Source: Scyliorhinus canicula
Taxonomy: Eukaryota
NCBI RefSeq assembly: GCF_902713615.1
Contig: NC_052151.1
Location: forward strand, 120,500,123-120,564,122
Direction: 5' to 3'
Length of the DNA: 64,000 bases
Notes under the pieces: generated by a model
Databases searched by the model: none
Told to the model about the DNA's origin: nothing
What the model saw: only the letters and a program-made list of their open reading frames with translations
Part shown: one piece after another, positions 1 to 64,000 of the stretch
How positions within the stretch are numbered: the first letter of the stretch is position 1
Layout of the letters: each line of letters opens with the position of its first letter
Position numbers and translations under genes: made by a program

Positions 1-23
1 TATTATTTTCTTGAACTGATTAG

Positions 24-62573
<62,550 letters not shown>

Positions 62574-62989
62574 GTAATTTTACTTTAAAAGATTTTCTAA
62601 AATCGGTAGCCTAAATTCTTGCTCGTATTTGCTTCATTGCCGCATGGCATTGTTGCAGTTGTGTTTTTGTGCTGAACTTCTCCTGATTCACAAAATATTT
62701 GCCAGAAAATATTTGTACCTTCCTTTGCCTCTTTAGCACAAGAGATTAGAAAATCAGACAATTGACAACTTGTATTTCTTTTATTTATGGTATAGACTAA
62801 GATTATATTCCTGGAAACTCAATTTTAACTTTAAAAAAAAAAACTGGAATTTTGTTAGTGGAATGTTTTCGGAGGTGTTTGCTGTGTTATTGAACCATTT
62901 TACCCGTGCCTCTCTCCCCTGTCCTAACCACATTTGTCTCCAACAAGAAGTGTGAGGAACCCATGAACTTCTGTCACTGAGATTGAGAG

Positions 62990-64000
62990 TATCCAATCAG
63001 CTGCCTCTGCCCTTTCCTTCTCTTTCCCTTGCAAATCCCCAGTCCTGGGTTTGTATCGACTTCCGTTTTTCTTCTGTTTCCTGTCATGCTCTTTCCGAGT
63101 TCATCTTGTCCATGACAGTCACTAGCTACTCCCTTGGCGCCATTTCCTATTAAATTGCTGACCTCCGACCTTTCATTCCTGGTTCCCAAGGTAGACAATA
63201 TTGTTAACTGTCTTCTCTCTCCCAAGTGTTGTCCCCTCCTATTTCCCGCCTATATGTTGCCCCTTGGTGATAGCGTCTGAAAATGTGGTGTTGGTTTTCC
63301 CATGGACGCTAATGACACCCAGCTCTATCTACCTCGCTGCCACCTCTTGTCCACTGTCGTTAAATTGTCAAAATGCTTATCCTGAACTGGACGAGCAGAA
63401 ATATCTTTAAATTAAGGCAGAAGTCATCCTCCATCCTCTTTGGTTCCTCCTCCAAACTCCCTTTCCGACCTCCTGACTCCTCCTCCTGTTTGGCAACTGT
63501 CTGAGGCCAAATGTATCTGCTTGTAAACCTGGTTTCATGCAGTCACTAAGATCTCTGATCTCCACCCCTTTCACACCCAAATCAGCTTTATCTACTGCTG
63601 AAACTCATTCGTAGTTTGGTTACCTTGGCACTTGACTGTTCCAGTGCACTCCTGGCTGGCTTCTCACGACATCACCTCTGCTGCCTTTGTATTAACTTGC
63701 AGAAAACTCCATTCACCCATCCTGACCTTCCTCCTTGTCCTCCCAGGTAGGGAAGCCTTGATTTTAAACATTTTAAACAGTTGCCAAGCAGGAGGAGGAG
63801 TCAGGAGGTCGGAAAGGGAGTTTGGAGGAGGAACCAAAGAGGATGGAGGATGGCTTCTGCCTTAATTGTTTTCAAATAGTTCCATGGTCTTGCCCTCCCT
63901 ATCCCTATAATATTCTTCAGTCCCTGCACCCCTTTAAAATAAGTGCACACATCTAACTGCCCCCTTGGGTATTCTTGATTTTAATTGCTTCTGTATTGGT
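62990..64000 (+). mobile_element. Old L2 LINE 3' fragment
   Basis: gacgctaatgacacccagctctat (YADDTQLY-like); pyrimidine-rich L2 motifs. Confidence 0.6.
63410..63867. repeat. 91-bp inverted repeat (63410-63500 / 63777-63867)
   Basis: Two mismatches between the arms. Confidence 0.95.

Overview
Cartilaginous-fish (shark-like; the SINE repertoire suggests a catshark, species not established) genomic DNA. The window holds the internal part of the CAD gene (glutamine amidotransferase - CPS II - dihydroorotase - ATCase) on the + strand. I traced 30 coding exons by hand (5,069 nt, about 1,689 codons, frame continuous). They run from within the GLN domain through CPS-A/CPS-B and the allosteric domain to the end of the DHO domain. 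The start exons and the ATCase exons lie outside the window. One intron is GC-AG. The introns contain many repeats: tRNA-headed V-domain (HE1-like) SINEs with three alternative tails, Deu-domain SINEs, CR1, L2 and L1 LINEs, a decayed Gypsy LTR element, Harbinger-like MITEs, Penelope-like foldback fragments and a 0.72-kb tandem duplication. The most unusual structures are: (i) an antisense L1 with three stacked, diverged 5'UTR+ORF1-start modules, whose 3' half is replaced by a CR1/SINE-type tail; (ii) two independent ~90-100 bp locally templated inverted duplications whose only mismatches are G-U pairs in the pre-mRNA; (iii) a 14-nt U1 snRNA 5'-end match co-inserted in front of a young SINE. 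Repeat family names come from recalled motifs, not database searches.
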